Shown here piece after piece: positions 30,180 through 40,438 of a stretch of DNA of 64,000 bases. The DNA is from Candidatus Kapaibacterium sp. (GTDB taxonomy: Bacteria > Bacteroidota > Ignavibacteria > Kapaibacteriales > HRBIN21). The DNA is taken from NCBI GenBank assembly GCA_938084565.1, contig CALKEU010000013.1, positions 8,987 to 72,986 of the forward strand, given 5' to 3'. A program made the translations under genes and the position numbers. The notes beneath the pieces were generated by a model. It did no database searches. It saw only the letters and a program-made list of their open reading frames with translations, and was not told the DNA's origin. Every line of letters starts with the position of its first letter. Position 1 is the first letter of the stretch.

Positions 30180-31523
30180 GTGGCAGCCGCTGGCATTCGG
30201 GTTCACAAGCTGGGCGGGAGTGTCCTTGCGGACGCAGCCAGCATTGAGCAGGCGGTGCAGGCGGTTGTTGCAACGCAGGCAGAAGCAGCCGTGGTGGTTG
30301 TCTCTGCCTGTGCGGGGGTGACAGACACGCTGCACGAGATTGCCCGATATGCCGCAGTTGGCGATGTGCGTGCTGCTCACCGTATGCTGGAGCAGCTGTA
30401 TGATCGCCACCGTGAGTACGCCGACCATTTGCTGCCAGCCGCCCAGCGGGAGCAGACAGCGGCAGCGCTCGGCCAGCTGATTGAGCATGCCATGCACTTG
30501 TGCCGGGGTGTGGCATATCTGCGGGAGCTCACCCCGCGGATGCACGATGCTCTATTAGCCTTCGGGGAGCTACTGGCCAGCCGACTCCTTGCCGACGTTT
30601 TCAGCTCTCTGCTCGGATCGGGCGTCCTCTTTGTAGATGCCCGAGACTGCGTTGTAACGGATGCAACATTCGGGCGGGCTCGCCCTCAGCTGCCCCTCAT
30701 GCAACAGCGGCTGCGGGAGCTCGGCCTTTTAGAGCAACTCCAGCGCGGTGGGCTCCTGGTTACGCAAGGGTTCGTGGGAGCTACGCCCGAGGGGATGACC
30801 ACGACGCTCGGGCGCGGTGGGTCCGATCTGTCTGCTGCCCTCTTTGCCGTGGCTGTTGGAGCTGAAGAGGTGGTCATCTGGAAAGATGTCCCCGGTGTCT
30901 TTACTGCTGATCCGGACTATATGCCAGAGGCGGAGCCGATACCGATGCTCTCTGCGGCCCACATGCGTGCTCTAGCTCTTGCAGGAGCACGAGTACTCCA
31001 CCCAGACACATTAGGGCCGGCAATGGAGCACGGCATTGGTATCCGGATCCGGGGGGTGAGGCAGCCGACAGCTCCGGGGACGCTCGTGGTAGCACACTGG
31101 GAGGCACCTCCAGAGCCGCTCGCGCTGGCATGGCGAACCTCCTGTGAGGTCTATACAGCTCCAACCCCGGAGGCTGCGCGCACGTGGACTTCTCCAGTCG
31201 AGCTCGGCATCATCTCTCGAATGGGGACACTCCTTGTGACTGAATCACCGCTGGCTGAACCGCCTGCGGGATGGGAGAGCTGGCGGAGGCCACAGGCATT
31301 GCTCTCCCTCGTCGGCCACGCTCCCGAAAGATGGGCCCTCTCTATGGTGGAGCACTTTCTGCGTGCTCGTCTGGCATGCTCGGGCATATGGCTGGGGGAT
31401 TCTCCCGCAGTCCTGCGTTTCCTCGTACCCCAGGAGACCTGGCCAGAGGCTGCGCAGTGCCTTCACCTGGAGCTTCTCCACTATCGTCATGCGAAGCTTT
31501 CGGTAGCACCGGCCGAAGGGTAA
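30180..31523 (+). CDS. lysC: Aspartate kinase (GTG start 30180 inferred)
   Basis: KLGGS, VVVSA..GVTD, GELLAS, TTTLGRGGSD, IWKDVPGVFTADP, GARVLHP. Confidence 0.88.
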   Translation: MAAAGIRVHKLGGSVLADAASIEQAVQAVVATQAEAAVVVVSACAGVTDTLHEIARYAAVGDVRAAHRMLEQLYDRHREYADHLLPAAQREQTAAALGQLIEHAMHLCRGVAYLRELTPRMHDALLAFGELLASRLLADVFSSLLGSGVLFVDARDCVVTDATFGRARPQLPLMQQRLRELGLLEQLQRGGLLVTQGFVGATPEGMTTTLGRGGSDLSAALFAVAVGAEEVVIWKDVPGVFTADPDYMPEAEPIPMLSAAHMRALALAGARVLHPDTLGPAMEHGIGIRIRGVRQPTAPGTLVVAHWEAPPEPLALAWRTSCEVYTAPTPEAARTWTSPVELGIISRMGTLLVTESPLAEPPAGWESWRRPQALLSLVGHAPERWALSMVEHFLRARLACSGIWLGDSPAVLRFLVPQETWPEAAQCLHLELLHYRHAKLSVAPAEG

Positions 31524-31538
31524 GCGGCCGCGCGCAGT

Positions 31539-33362
31539 ATGGTTCGCAACGGACCCCACACGGACGGAAGCATAGAGAGCGAATACAGGCTCGATTGGAA
31601 GCTCCTGCGGCAATTGCTTCCCTTCGCTCGCCCATATAGGGGGTGGTTCGTGCTTGCACTCGCCCTGGCAGTGGTTGGAGCAGTACTGACGCCGGTGCGC
31701 CCATATATCAGTAAGCTCGCCGTCGATCATGCTGTCACGGCCCAGGCGTGGGAGGTCTTCCTCGGCTTTATTGGTCTCATTCTCCTGCTTGTGTTCACGG
31801 TCGCTGCCCTCCAGTATGGCTTGTCCTACCTCTTGCAGTGGATCGGGCAGCGGATACTATTTGCTGTGCGAACGCAGGTGTACGAGCACATCCTCCGGCT
31901 GGCCTTGCGCTTCTACGATACAACGCCGGTTGGACGCCTGGTGACGCGGACGACCAACGACGTCGAGGGGCTCAGCGAGCTCTTCTCCTCTGGGTTGGTC
32001 ATGCTCATGGCCGATCTACTGCTGCTGCTCTGTATTGTTGGATTCATGCTCTGGACGGACTGGCGTTTGGCGCTGCTGACGCTGACTGTACTGCCACTGC
32101 TGGTGGTCGCAAGTGTCCTCTTCCGGGCCAAAGTGCGCACTGTCTATCGCCGTATTCGGCAACAGCTGGCGCGGCTCAACGCTTTCCTGAGCGAGCATCT
32201 CAGCGGTATTGCGACTGTCCTCCTCTTTCGGCAGCAGGCAGCCCAGTTCCAGCGGTTCGAACGCCTCAATCGCGACTACCTCCAGCTCCAGCGGCGTTCG
32301 GTCTTCTACTACGCCGTCTTCTTCCCGACAGTCGATCTGCTCTGGGCTCTGGCTCTTGTGGCTCTTCTCTGGTACGCGGCTGGAACCTTGGGGACGGGAA
32401 GCTTGAGCGTGGGGACGCTGATTGCCTTCCTGCAGTACGTGGAGATGTTCTTCCGCCCGATTCGGGATCTGACGGAGCGCTACAATGTGTTGCAGACGGC
32501 GTTGGCCTCGGCTGAGCGCATCTTGGAAATTTTGAATCTACGGCAGACAATCCCGGATCACCCGGAGGCTATACCCATGCCTCCGCTGCGCAGGGAGATC
32601 GAGTTCCGTCGCGTTACCTTCAGCTACGATGGACACACGCCCGTCCTCCAGGAGGTGTCCTTGACGGTGCGCAAAGGGGAGCTGGTGGCGTTTGTGGGAG
32701 CAACAGGCTCCGGGAAGACAACGGCGGTAAGTCTCCTATGTCGCTTCTACGAGCTCCAAGAGGGGGATATCCTCATCGATGGGCGCAGTATTCGGATGCT
32801 ACAGCAGGCGAGTTTGCGCCGGAGAATAGCTCTGGTACTGCAGGATGATGTCCTCTTTTCCCGGACTGTGCTGGAGAACATCATCTTCGGCCGACCTATC
32901 TCGGAGGCAGAGGTCCGCCGTGCGCTCCGCCAGCTGGGTCTGGAAGCTCTCGTGCGCCGCCTCCCGAATGGGTTGGAAACCGTAGTGGGCGAACGTGGTG
33001 TGAATCTCTCTGCCGGAGAGCGTCAGCTCATTGCGCTCTGCCGGGCTTTTGTCGGCAACGCCGATGTGATGATCTTCGATGAACCTACGGCCCACATGGA
33101 TTCAGAGACCGAAGCTCTGCTGGAGCAGGCCCTCGAAAGTGTGCGCCGTCAGGGGCGTACGTGTATAGTCATTGCGCACCGTCTGGCAACCGTCCGCCGG
33201 GCCGATCGCATAGTGGTCTTTCACCGCGGCAGGGTGGTCGAGGGAGGAACTCACGAGGAACTGCTGGCCCGAGGAGGTGTCTACGCCCGTCTTTACCGAC
33301 TGCAGCTTATGGGGCTTACTGCTGAGCCGACGGAGGCGCCACGCGCGACTGCGCGGCAATGA
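31539..33362 (+). CDS. ABC exporter, fused TMD-NBD (type IV; probably half of a heterodimer)
   Basis: Six-TM domain, GATGSGKT, LSAGERQL, IFDEPT, IAHRL. Confidence 0.9.
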   Translation: MVRNGPHTDGSIESEYRLDWKLLRQLLPFARPYRGWFVLALALAVVGAVLTPVRPYISKLAVDHAVTAQAWEVFLGFIGLILLLVFTVAALQYGLSYLLQWIGQRILFAVRTQVYEHILRLALRFYDTTPVGRLVTRTTNDVEGLSELFSSGLVMLMADLLLLLCIVGFMLWTDWRLALLTLTVLPLLVVASVLFRAKVRTVYRRIRQQLARLNAFLSEHLSGIATVLLFRQQAAQFQRFERLNRDYLQLQRRSVFYYAVFFPTVDLLWALALVALLWYAAGTLGTGSLSVGTLIAFLQYVEMFFRPIRDLTERYNVLQTALASAERILEILNLRQTIPDHPEAIPMPPLRREIEFRRVTFSYDGHTPVLQEVSLTVRKGELVAFVGATGSGKTTAVSLLCRFYELQEGDILIDGRSIRMLQQASLRRRIALVLQDDVLFSRTVLENIIFGRPISEAEVRRALRQLGLEALVRRLPNGLETVVGERGVNLSAGERQLIALCRAFVGNADVMIFDEPTAHMDSETEALLEQALESVRRQGRTCIVIAHRLATVRRADRIVVFHRGRVVEGGTHEELLARGGVYARLYRLQLMGLTAEPTEAPRATARQ

Positions 33363-34335
33363 GGCGGCGATGCTCCTGGTAGGTGCGGGAGAAGGCATGG
33401 CGGCGGGAGCCATCCCGCAGGAGGACGAAGTAGAGGAAGTCGTGCTCTTCGGGCTGCAGGGCGGCAGCGATTGCATCCGCACCCGGATTGTTGATGGGGC
33501 CTGGGGGTAGTCCGAGGGTGGTGTAAGTGTTGTAGGGGTGCGCAAAGCGGAGCTCGGAGCGGCTCACCGGTTGGCCAGGTTTGCTGAGTGCATAGGCTAC
33601 GGTGGGATCGGCTTGAAGGGGCATGTTGCGGCGGAGGCGATTCCAGAAGACCCCGCTAATGCGGGCCCGTTCGTCCGCATGGGGGGTTTCGGCTTCGATG
33701 ATCGAAGCGAGCGTAAGAACTTCGTGACGCGACAGCCCGCTTTGCTGGGCCTGTGCGGCGAAGCGGCGCTGCCAGAGGCGATCCTGCATCTGGAGAAGAT
33801 GCTCAAGAACGGCTTCGGCTGGATGGCGCCAGAAGAACTCGTAAGTGTCCGGCATGAGATAGCCCTCGAGCGAGGCAATCGGAATGCCTCGAGCGGTCGC
33901 CAAGCTATCGGAGAAGGCCAGAGCTACCAAGCGGGCTGAATCAACCCCGACCTCCCGTTGGAGGAGAGAGGCAATCTGGACAACGGTGAGCCCTTCGGGG
34001 ATTGTCACTCGCACTCGCCATACCTGGCGTCCGGAGAAGAGAGCGCGGAGCAAATGCCAGTACCGCTGTGAAGGGCCGAAACGGTACGTCCCGGCGTAGG
34101 CTCTCGCTCCTGTGATCCGGGCGTAGAGCGTTCCTGCCGTGGTGAAAAGCAGCGGCATCCGCAAGCGACAGGCGGAAGCAGCTCGCGTGAGAGCTTCCCG
34201 TACGGTGCTTCCTGGTGGTATCCAGCACTCGACTGGGTCCTCGAGTGGAAGGCGTTGCCCGAAATAGGCAGCCAGAGTCACGGCGAGGGTAAGGAGCGCT
34301 CCAGCAGCGGCGAGGCCGAATCGAGAAAGCCGCAT
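33316..34335 (-). CDS. mltG: Endolytic transglycosylase MltG
   Basis: TIPEG, LEGYLMPDTY, LASIIEAE, NRL..MPLQADPT, YNTY..GLPPGPINNPG. Confidence 0.95.
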   Translation of the reverse strand: MRLSRFGLAAAGALLTLAVTLAAYFGQRLPLEDPVECWIPPGSTVREALTRAASACRLRMPLLFTTAGTLYARITGARAYAGTYRFGPSQRYWHLLRALFSGRQVWRVRVTIPEGLTVVQIASLLQREVGVDSARLVALAFSDSLATARGIPIASLEGYLMPDTYEFFWRHPAEAVLEHLLQMQDRLWQRRFAAQAQQSGLSRHEVLTLASIIEAETPHADERARISGVFWNRLRRNMPLQADPTVAYALSKPGQPVSRSELRFAHPYNTYTTLGLPPGPINNPGADAIAAALQPEEHDFLYFVLLRDGSRRHAFSRTYQEHRRLIAAQSRVAPPSAQQ

Positions 34336-34398
34336 GGTTCCAGCTTGCTGCTTTTCCCATACTGTGCCACGGCAGCCTACGGAGCAAGGTCTGTTGTG

Positions 34399-34406
34399 TA
34401 ATTTTG
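34399..34406 (+). promoter_or_regulatory. -7 promoter element TAATTTTG for the tRNA-Ser/tRNA-Lys pair
   Basis: Perfect TAnnTTTG ending 10 nt before tRNA-Ser. Confidence 0.7.
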
Positions 34407-34416
34407 CCCTGCTGAC

Positions 34417-34506
34417 GGAAAGGTGCCGGAGTGGTCGAACGGGCTCGCCTGGAGAGCGAGTGTACCCCTAAACGGGGTACCGTGGGTTCGAATCCCACCC
34501 TTTCCG
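34417..34506 (+). tRNA. tRNA-Ser(GGA)
   Basis: Acceptor GGAAAGG/CCTTTCC, anticodon arm CTCGC-CTGGAGA-GCGAG, long variable arm, GGTTCGAATCC T-arm, G discriminator; CCA not encoded. Confidence 0.95.
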
Positions 34507-34514
34507 CAACAGAT

Positions 34515-34586
34515 GACCCCGTAGCTCAGTGGTAGAGCAACGGCCTTTTAAGCCGTGGGTCGCTGGTTCGATCCCAGCCGGGGTCA
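34515..34586 (+). tRNA. tRNA-Lys(TTT)
   Basis: Acceptor GACCCCG/CGGGGTC, anticodon arm ACGGC-CTTTTAA-GCCGT, GGTTCGATCCC T-arm. Confidence 0.95.
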
Positions 34587-34619
34587 CCGACAGGCAATCC
34601 CCCACGGCACAAGGTCAGC

Positions 34620-37600
34620 TCAGCGCAGCACAATCATCTGCTCCACCGCCCTGAAGGGTCCCGACAGGAGGCGAACCCAGTAGATGCCGGCAGGGAGAGC
34701 GCTCAGATCGACCTCCTGCTGATAGTTCCCGGCGGGGAGCACGCCATCGAGGAGCTTTACAACCGTCTGACCCATAGCGTTGACGATATCGAGCCGTGTG
34801 GGCGCCTCCAGCCCTATGCTGTAGGTAAGCTGAACGGAGCGCTCTCGGACCGGGTTGGGGTGCACCGGATACAGCAGATACCCTTCAGGGGAGAGCCGAA
34901 TGAGGCGCCCATTGACGAAGCAGCCGCCCAATTCGACGAGGCTGGGTGTGGTGGCCACCTCGACACAGGTCTCGCGCTCGGGCAAGCGCAGCTCCAACAT
35001 CAGTTCAGCCCGCAGCACCTCACCCAGGTAAGTGTGGAAGCCCAGCCGGAGCAGCTCGCCGTTGCGGGCAAGGGGAGTCTGTCCATAAGCAGTAATGCGG
35101 AGGCGCACCATGCGGTCGGCCTCCGGCAGTTCCTGGATGTCGAATTGCCATGTGTTGTCCAGCGCCGGGCCTGCCTGGAGACTGCCAGGGATGTACCAGA
35201 GGAGCGTGCTGTTGTAGCGGATATCAGCTTGGAAGGCTCGTATGGCAGCCTCTGCCCATGCCGGACTGCGTCCTGTTAGAGTGAGCTGAATGGTGGAGCC
35301 CGGTGTCGTAAAGATTCGGCCAGGCTCTAACGCATAGGCGGTTGCTACCCGATAGCCTTCACCCCGGAGTGTAACCTGCAAGTTGGGGTCGATGGCATTC
35401 CGGATAGCTACCCGAGCCCAGTACGCCCGTGGCTCGGTCGGCAGGAAGCGGACCCGTACCCACACGGTGTCTGCAGCTGGAATGGAGATGGGGAAGGCCA
35501 CAGGGTCGAGGAGCTCGAAGGCGGTCACGTCTCCTTCGACCAAGTCCAGCCCTGTGATGAGGATATCGCCCGCCGCGTTCGGGTTAATGATGGGGAAGGA
35601 GCCCTCAGGCTGGTCGCAGGTGAGCACACGCCCAAAGTCGAGCCCTTCGGCAGCAATAGTATTGATGCAGCCGCTGCCACGAAGCTCCACGGTGGTGGTC
35701 ACAATGGGGTCCGTTCCTGGGGCTGCGTCGGAGACAATCTCTACGGTCGCCTGGCGCTCTCCAACAGTGCGAGGGGCGAAGCGAACTCCGAGGCGGAGTT
35801 CGCCACCATTGCGGGGAAGGCGATAGGGGAGCTCAGGCAGAGGTTGCAGCCAGGTAAAATCAGGATCGCTACCCGCTGCCCAGCGAATCTGGCTAATGGT
35901 CAGATCTGCCGTCGTGCTGGGATTGCGCAACACGACGGCAGCTGCTTCTTCAGCGCTCTGGCCTAGCAGAATGCAGTCGAAAGTGTATCCCTGGGTTTCC
36001 AGCTTCGGGAGGATCCCGATGCCCCGCACGAAGCCGGTGACGGGGTCGGCGTTAGTAAAGATAGCGTCAACACTATCGATGTGGGGGCCTTCAGCCGGTG
36101 GGCTATAGCGGACTCGGATGCGCACCTCAGACTGTTCGTTCGGTTGGACCTCTACCGGATTGCCAGCCGAAGGCTGCGGTTCGATCGAGAGGATCTGAAA
36201 TGTTCCAGCCGGAACGAGCCCTCGGAGGCGCACCTCTGTCAAATACGCCGGTGAGCTTCCGCTGTTGCGCACGTAGAGAAGCGCTTCGTGCGTCGTGCCT
36301 ACCCGGCGCTCACCCCAGTCGTACGAGGTGATGTACGGTCCTGCTTGGACGGCACGCCCTTGCCAGAGCGAGATATTCTTGTCGCCTGGTGGGGCATCGC
36401 AGACAAAGGTGACTGCAAGCCTATGGATTCCAACCTCCGTTGGCCGGTAGCAGGGCAACCTCAACTGCACCTGCTGCCCAGGAGGGATAACAATAGGCAG
36501 CGGAGGATCGAGTGTGAGCAGAGCAAAGGGAGCCTGGACCCCCTGGATGTCCGTAATGTGGAGTGTGTCGGTCCCGGGATTGCGGATAAGGAGTCCAGCA
36601 GTGTGGCAGACAGTTGTATTGACCGGAATAGTGCCTGCATCCCAGTCCTCGACCCAGATGTGGGGGAGGATACCGCGGCCGCGCAGCGCCCACCGGAATT
36701 CCGCACAGGTGGTGCGGACCACCAAAGTGTCCCAGTCATACTCTCCCTCGGGACGTTCCTGCCGTGGAGTATAGCGGAGCTGAAAAGCGTGGGTAGCGCC
36801 GCCGCCGAGCACCCGCTCAGGCGGAAGAACACCCCCGACGAGCTGGAAGACCTCACCAACGAGGAGGCGTGCTTCTTTCAGCGTCGTGGCACTGTCACGG
36901 GCGTTGTGCAGGATGAGGCTGAAATCCCGGGATTGCCCAACGCGGACAGCCCCAGCCTCAATGGGCTCGCTCGGCTCTGCAACGAGGCTGTCGGCTATGT
37001 ACCAGACAGAGTCGATGGCCAGATTGCCCGCCCGGTCGAGCACTCCGATGCGGGCAAATGCGGAGTACCGTTTGTCGATGACCTCAACGCGGAAGACAAA
37101 ACGTTCGACCTTAGGATAGGGCTTGAGCTCTTCTGCGGTGACGAAGCGCAGGCGGTAGTTGTAGCTCCCCTCGAGCAACTCGATTTGGGCGATACCCTGA
37201 TCGATCTGGCGTGGATTGTCACCCTCTTTTCCATTGCGAATCTCTGTGGACAGGATTTCCCAGTCGCCGCACTCCACCCGCTTGTGGAGTTCAGGCGGGA
37301 GAGTGTCGAGCTCGTCGATCTTATTGATAGCCATAGCAGCGGGCCAGCCGTAGCTGTCATATTGGCTGAAGCCGTAAATGTAGCCTCCGAAAGGCGTCTC
37401 CCCGACAATCTTATGTGGCCCTGGCTGCATGCGGAGGACTACCCAGTACAAGTTGGTGCCTGGGATACGTTGCCCGAGAAACTCCGGATAGCGGCGCCAG
37501 ACATGCTGGCCATCGACTTTGATGCTCTTGAGTTTGGTGTGCTGAGGATCGGTAGTGTCCCCAATGGCAATGAGGTTGAAGTAGTTTGTGGCGAATTGTT

Positions 37601-38798
37601 TGCTGGCTGGGGTTTGGAAGACGGTCGACCGCAGGTACTGCTCTACCGGTGTGACCACGATCATGAAGGGGTCGAAGTTCGGGTCGTTATCCCAGAAAGC
37701 AGAGTAGGAGTACTGCATTAACAGGACGGGTTTGTCCGCTTCCCAGATTGACTGTCCGTAGATGGAGGAGTCGAAGGGAGAGGTGCTCTTGTTGTATTCC
37801 CAGAAATCGCCCGCATACTGCAGCAGTCCGGACATGCTTCCCTGGAGCTGTCCACCGCGATACCAGCGGACTGTAAAGCGTGTGTTTGGCTGGGAGGCGA
37901 GGATGCGGAAGAAATCCCCCTTCCGCGCTTTGCGCTGGTACTCGATCGTTACGTATCGCTTCCCCCATGCCGAGATCGGGGGGAGCATCTCGACGAGGAA
38001 ATCCCGGCTGATGGGGCCTGTCTCGGGCATCATCGGGATCATGGTACGCATGTGGAAGGAGATGAAGCCAATGGGCTTGTTACTGGCAACGCGTGTGCCG
38101 CTGAAGTCATTCTGTCCAGCTGGCGGATCGCCGCTGCCCCGCAGCATGTAGGTCTGTCCGCGATTGAGCATGACTGTGATGCGGTCACCAATCCGCCGTC
38201 CCCCGACCGTGCGTCCATAGCCCCGGCCATAGAGCTGAATGGTGACCAACGTCTGGTCCTCGGAGGCAACGATGACGAATCCGTTCCCCCGCTTCCATCC
38301 GAAGTCCTCGTAGTCGTAGTACGAGAGATGCATATACTCGGTCCCCCAGACATTGACCGGCAGAGCAAGGTAGCCATCCGATGTGTATGCCTTGCCGTTC
38401 AGCACGTACACCGAGATGGGGTGGGGGGCCGAGAGCCGAATGCCCTTTTGAGTGACTGTTTCACTCTCTCGGACCTCGTCGGTCCAGAAGAGATCGCCCT
38501 CGAGCAGGGAGAATGTTGTAATCTCCATGGCACGGACGGGCTTTACGCGTCGGATCCCATCGGCAGCGCTGTAGAGAGTTACCTCCGTGTTGTAGCTGGA
38601 GGTAACGTAGATTTCCAGCAGCTGTCCAGAGTAGCCGTCGACTTCGTTAGGGGGAATGGCAATCCAGAATTCGCGGCCTTGAGCAGAGTTGTTAAGGATC
38701 CACTCTGCCGGTGGTACCTTCGGGATGCGGGCCGTTAGAGAAGGTGGAGAGAGGGCGAGAACATAGAGCCCCAACACTAGTAGTAGTCGTCGCAGCAT
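34620..38798 (-). CDS. Large secreted protein: IgGFc-binding-like N-terminus, several Ig-like (choice-of-anchor D-like) repeats, T9SS type-A sorting domain
   Basis: Signal peptide, QGREFWIAIPPN, ASNKPI and YGWPA motifs, repeated DWG/DFG..RNPG units, C-terminal PNPV..IVNAMGQ..LPAGIYWVRL. Confidence 0.8.
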   Translation of the reverse strand: MLRRLLLVLGLYVLALSPPSLTARIPKVPPAEWILNNSAQGREFWIAIPPNEVDGYSGQLLEIYVTSSYNTEVTLYSAADGIRRVKPVRAMEITTFSLLEGDLFWTDEVRESETVTQKGIRLSAPHPISVYVLNGKAYTSDGYLALPVNVWGTEYMHLSYYDYEDFGWKRGNGFVIVASEDQTLVTIQLYGRGYGRTVGGRRIGDRITVMLNRGQTYMLRGSGDPPAGQNDFSGTRVASNKPIGFISFHMRTMIPMMPETGPISRDFLVEMLPPISAWGKRYVTIEYQRKARKGDFFRILASQPNTRFTVRWYRGGQLQGSMSGLLQYAGDFWEYNKSTSPFDSSIYGQSIWEADKPVLLMQYSYSAFWDNDPNFDPFMIVVTPVEQYLRSTVFQTPASKQFATNYFNLIAIGDTTDPQHTKLKSIKVDGQHVWRRYPEFLGQRIPGTNLYWVVLRMQPGPHKIVGETPFGGYIYGFSQYDSYGWPAAMAINKIDELDTLPPELHKRVECGDWEILSTEIRNGKEGDNPRQIDQGIAQIELLEGSYNYRLRFVTAEELKPYPKVERFVFRVEVIDKRYSAFARIGVLDRAGNLAIDSVWYIADSLVAEPSEPIEAGAVRVGQSRDFSLILHNARDSATTLKEARLLVGEVFQLVGGVLPPERVLGGGATHAFQLRYTPRQERPEGEYDWDTLVVRTTCAEFRWALRGRGILPHIWVEDWDAGTIPVNTTVCHTAGLLIRNPGTDTLHITDIQGVQAPFALLTLDPPLPIVIPPGQQVQLRLPCYRPTEVGIHRLAVTFVCDAPPGDKNISLWQGRAVQAGPYITSYDWGERRVGTTHEALLYVRNSGSSPAYLTEVRLRGLVPAGTFQILSIEPQPSAGNPVEVQPNEQSEVRIRVRYSPPAEGPHIDSVDAIFTNADPVTGFVRGIGILPKLETQGYTFDCILLGQSAEEAAAVVLRNPSTTADLTISQIRWAAGSDPDFTWLQPLPELPYRLPRNGGELRLGVRFAPRTVGERQATVEIVSDAAPGTDPIVTTTVELRGSGCINTIAAEGLDFGRVLTCDQPEGSFPIINPNAAGDILITGLDLVEGDVTAFELLDPVAFPISIPAADTVWVRVRFLPTEPRAYWARVAIRNAIDPNLQVTLRGEGYRVATAYALEPGRIFTTPGSTIQLTLTGRSPAWAEAAIRAFQADIRYNSTLLWYIPGSLQAGPALDNTWQFDIQELPEADRMVRLRITAYGQTPLARNGELLRLGFHTYLGEVLRAELMLELRLPERETCVEVATTPSLVELGGCFVNGRLIRLSPEGYLLYPVHPNPVRERSVQLTYSIGLEAPTRLDIVNAMGQTVVKLLDGVLPAGNYQQEVDLSALPAGIYWVRLLSGPFRAVEQMIVLR

Positions 38799-38832
38799 CG
38801 CTGTTACCTCTCAGGCGGTTTGTACGGTTTTC

Positions 38833-38914
38833 CAAATATACGCATTCCTCGGAATCCAGCCTGTTGGGGCGGGCTTCAGCGTGGGGTATGGTGAAACGGG
38901 AGAGCGTATCTTTG
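38833..38914. promoter_or_regulatory. Divergent -7 elements: TATATTTG (minus, 38833-38840) and TATCTTTG (plus, 38907-38914, murC)
   Basis: Two perfect TAnnTTTG in the divergent gap; the plus-strand copy supports a murC start at 38941. Confidence 0.6.
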
Positions 38915-38940
38915 CGCCCTCTTCAGTCGGGCAGAGCGCT

Positions 38941-40320
38941 ATGCTGTTTTCAGCGGTGCGGCACATACACTTCGTCGGGATTGGGGGCATTGGTATGAGC
39001 GGCTTAGCGGAGATTCTCCTTCAGCAAGGCTTTCGTGTCAGCGGCTCAGATCTAGTGGTGTCGGAGAACACAGAGTATCTCGAACGTCAGGGGGCACGTA
39101 TCTTTTACGGGCACGATGCTGCCCACATTGAGGGAGCGGAGGTGGTTGTCTACTCCAGCGCGGTCAACCCGCGGGAGAATCCGGAGACGGTAGCAGCTGC
39201 TGAGCGCGGTATCCCGGTGTTGCGCCGTGCGGAGATGCTGGCCGAGGTGGCACGCCTGAAGTACTGCTTAGCTGTTGCTGGAACACATGGGAAAACAACG
39301 ACAACCTCCCTTGCAGGGTTGCTTCTCATTCGTGCAGGGTTCGATCCGACCGTTATCGTCGGAGGACGCCTCCGGGGGCTTGGGGGAAGCAATGCGCGCC
39401 TGGGCCGCGGGGAGTGGATTGTCGTGGAGGCCGATGAATACGACCGTTCCTTCCTCTGCCTGCTACCCACCATTGCCGTAGTGACCAGCATTGAGGAAGA
39501 GCACTTGGACATCTATGCTGATCGGCACGACATCCTCGATGCGTTTGCGCGTTTTGCGAACAATGTGCCCTTCTATGGACTGGTTGTGCTCTGTGTCGAT
39601 GACGGCGGGGTGAAGGATCTGCTCCCACGCTTGAGTCGGAAGGTGCGGACATACGGCCTATCCCCACAAAGTGATGTGCGCGGACGTCGGGTGCGTGTGC
39701 GTGAACGCACCACCCAATTCGAGGTCTTCGTGGAGGGGGAGTGGCTCGGCGAAGTCACGTTGCGGGTGCCCGGTATCCATAATGTCCGCAACGCATTGGG
39801 GGCTTTGGCAGTCGGATGGGAGCTCGGTATCCCGTTCGAGACAATGCGCCACGCATTGGAGGAGTTCACGGGTGTCTACCGTCGCTTTGAAATTGTGGGG
39901 GAACGCGAGGGGATTCTCTTTGTTGACGACTATGCGCACCATCCCACAGAGGTACGGGCAGCGCTCCACGCAGCTCGTCAGGGTTGGGACCGCCGACTGG
40001 TGTGTGTGTTTCAACCACATACGTATACGCGCACGCGTGACTTTGCAGCCGAATTCGGTAAAGCTTTCGATGAGGCCGATATCCTCATTGTGACGGATGT
40101 CTATCCGGCTCGTGAACAGCCCCTCCCAGGTGTAACGGGAGAGCTCGTTGCACAGGCAGCCCGCCGTAGCGGTCATCGAGCTGTGTACTATGCTCCGACG
40201 CTGGAGGAGGCAGCTCAGGTTGTGTCCTCACTCCTGCGCCCTGGCGATATGCTCTTGACGCTGGGGGCGGGCAATATTGCCAAACTTCACACCCTGTTGG
40301 GGGTCGTCAGCGAGGCCTAA
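38941..40320 (+). CDS. murC: UDP-N-acetylmuramate--L-alanine ligase
   Basis: [45 protein letters not shown]. Confidence 0.97.
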   Translation: MLFSAVRHIHFVGIGGIGMSGLAEILLQQGFRVSGSDLVVSENTEYLERQGARIFYGHDAAHIEGAEVVVYSSAVNPRENPETVAAAERGIPVLRRAEMLAEVARLKYCLAVAGTHGKTTTTSLAGLLLIRAGFDPTVIVGGRLRGLGGSNARLGRGEWIVVEADEYDRSFLCLLPTIAVVTSIEEEHLDIYADRHDILDAFARFANNVPFYGLVVLCVDDGGVKDLLPRLSRKVRTYGLSPQSDVRGRRVRVRERTTQFEVFVEGEWLGEVTLRVPGIHNVRNALGALAVGWELGIPFETMRHALEEFTGVYRRFEIVGEREGILFVDDYAHHPTEVRAALHAARQGWDRRLVCVFQPHTYTRTRDFAAEFGKAFDEADILIVTDVYPAREQPLPGVTGELVAQAARRSGHRAVYYAPTLEEAAQVVSSLLRPGDMLLTLGAGNIAKLHTLLGVVSEA

Positions 40321-40401
40321 CAGCCGGTACGGTGGTGTCGGACGCAGAGAAGGGGCGTGCATCGGCTGCCTACGGTCGGCGATAGAAGTCCCCCTGCTGT
40401 G

Positions 40402-40409
40402 TAAATTTG
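40402..40409 (+). promoter_or_regulatory. -7 promoter element TAAATTTG upstream of fbaB
   Basis: Perfect TAnnTTTG; AAGGAG follows 5 nt before ATG 40439. Confidence 0.62.
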
Positions 40410-40438
40410 CGCCGAATTGGAGCCAAAAAGGAGCACCA

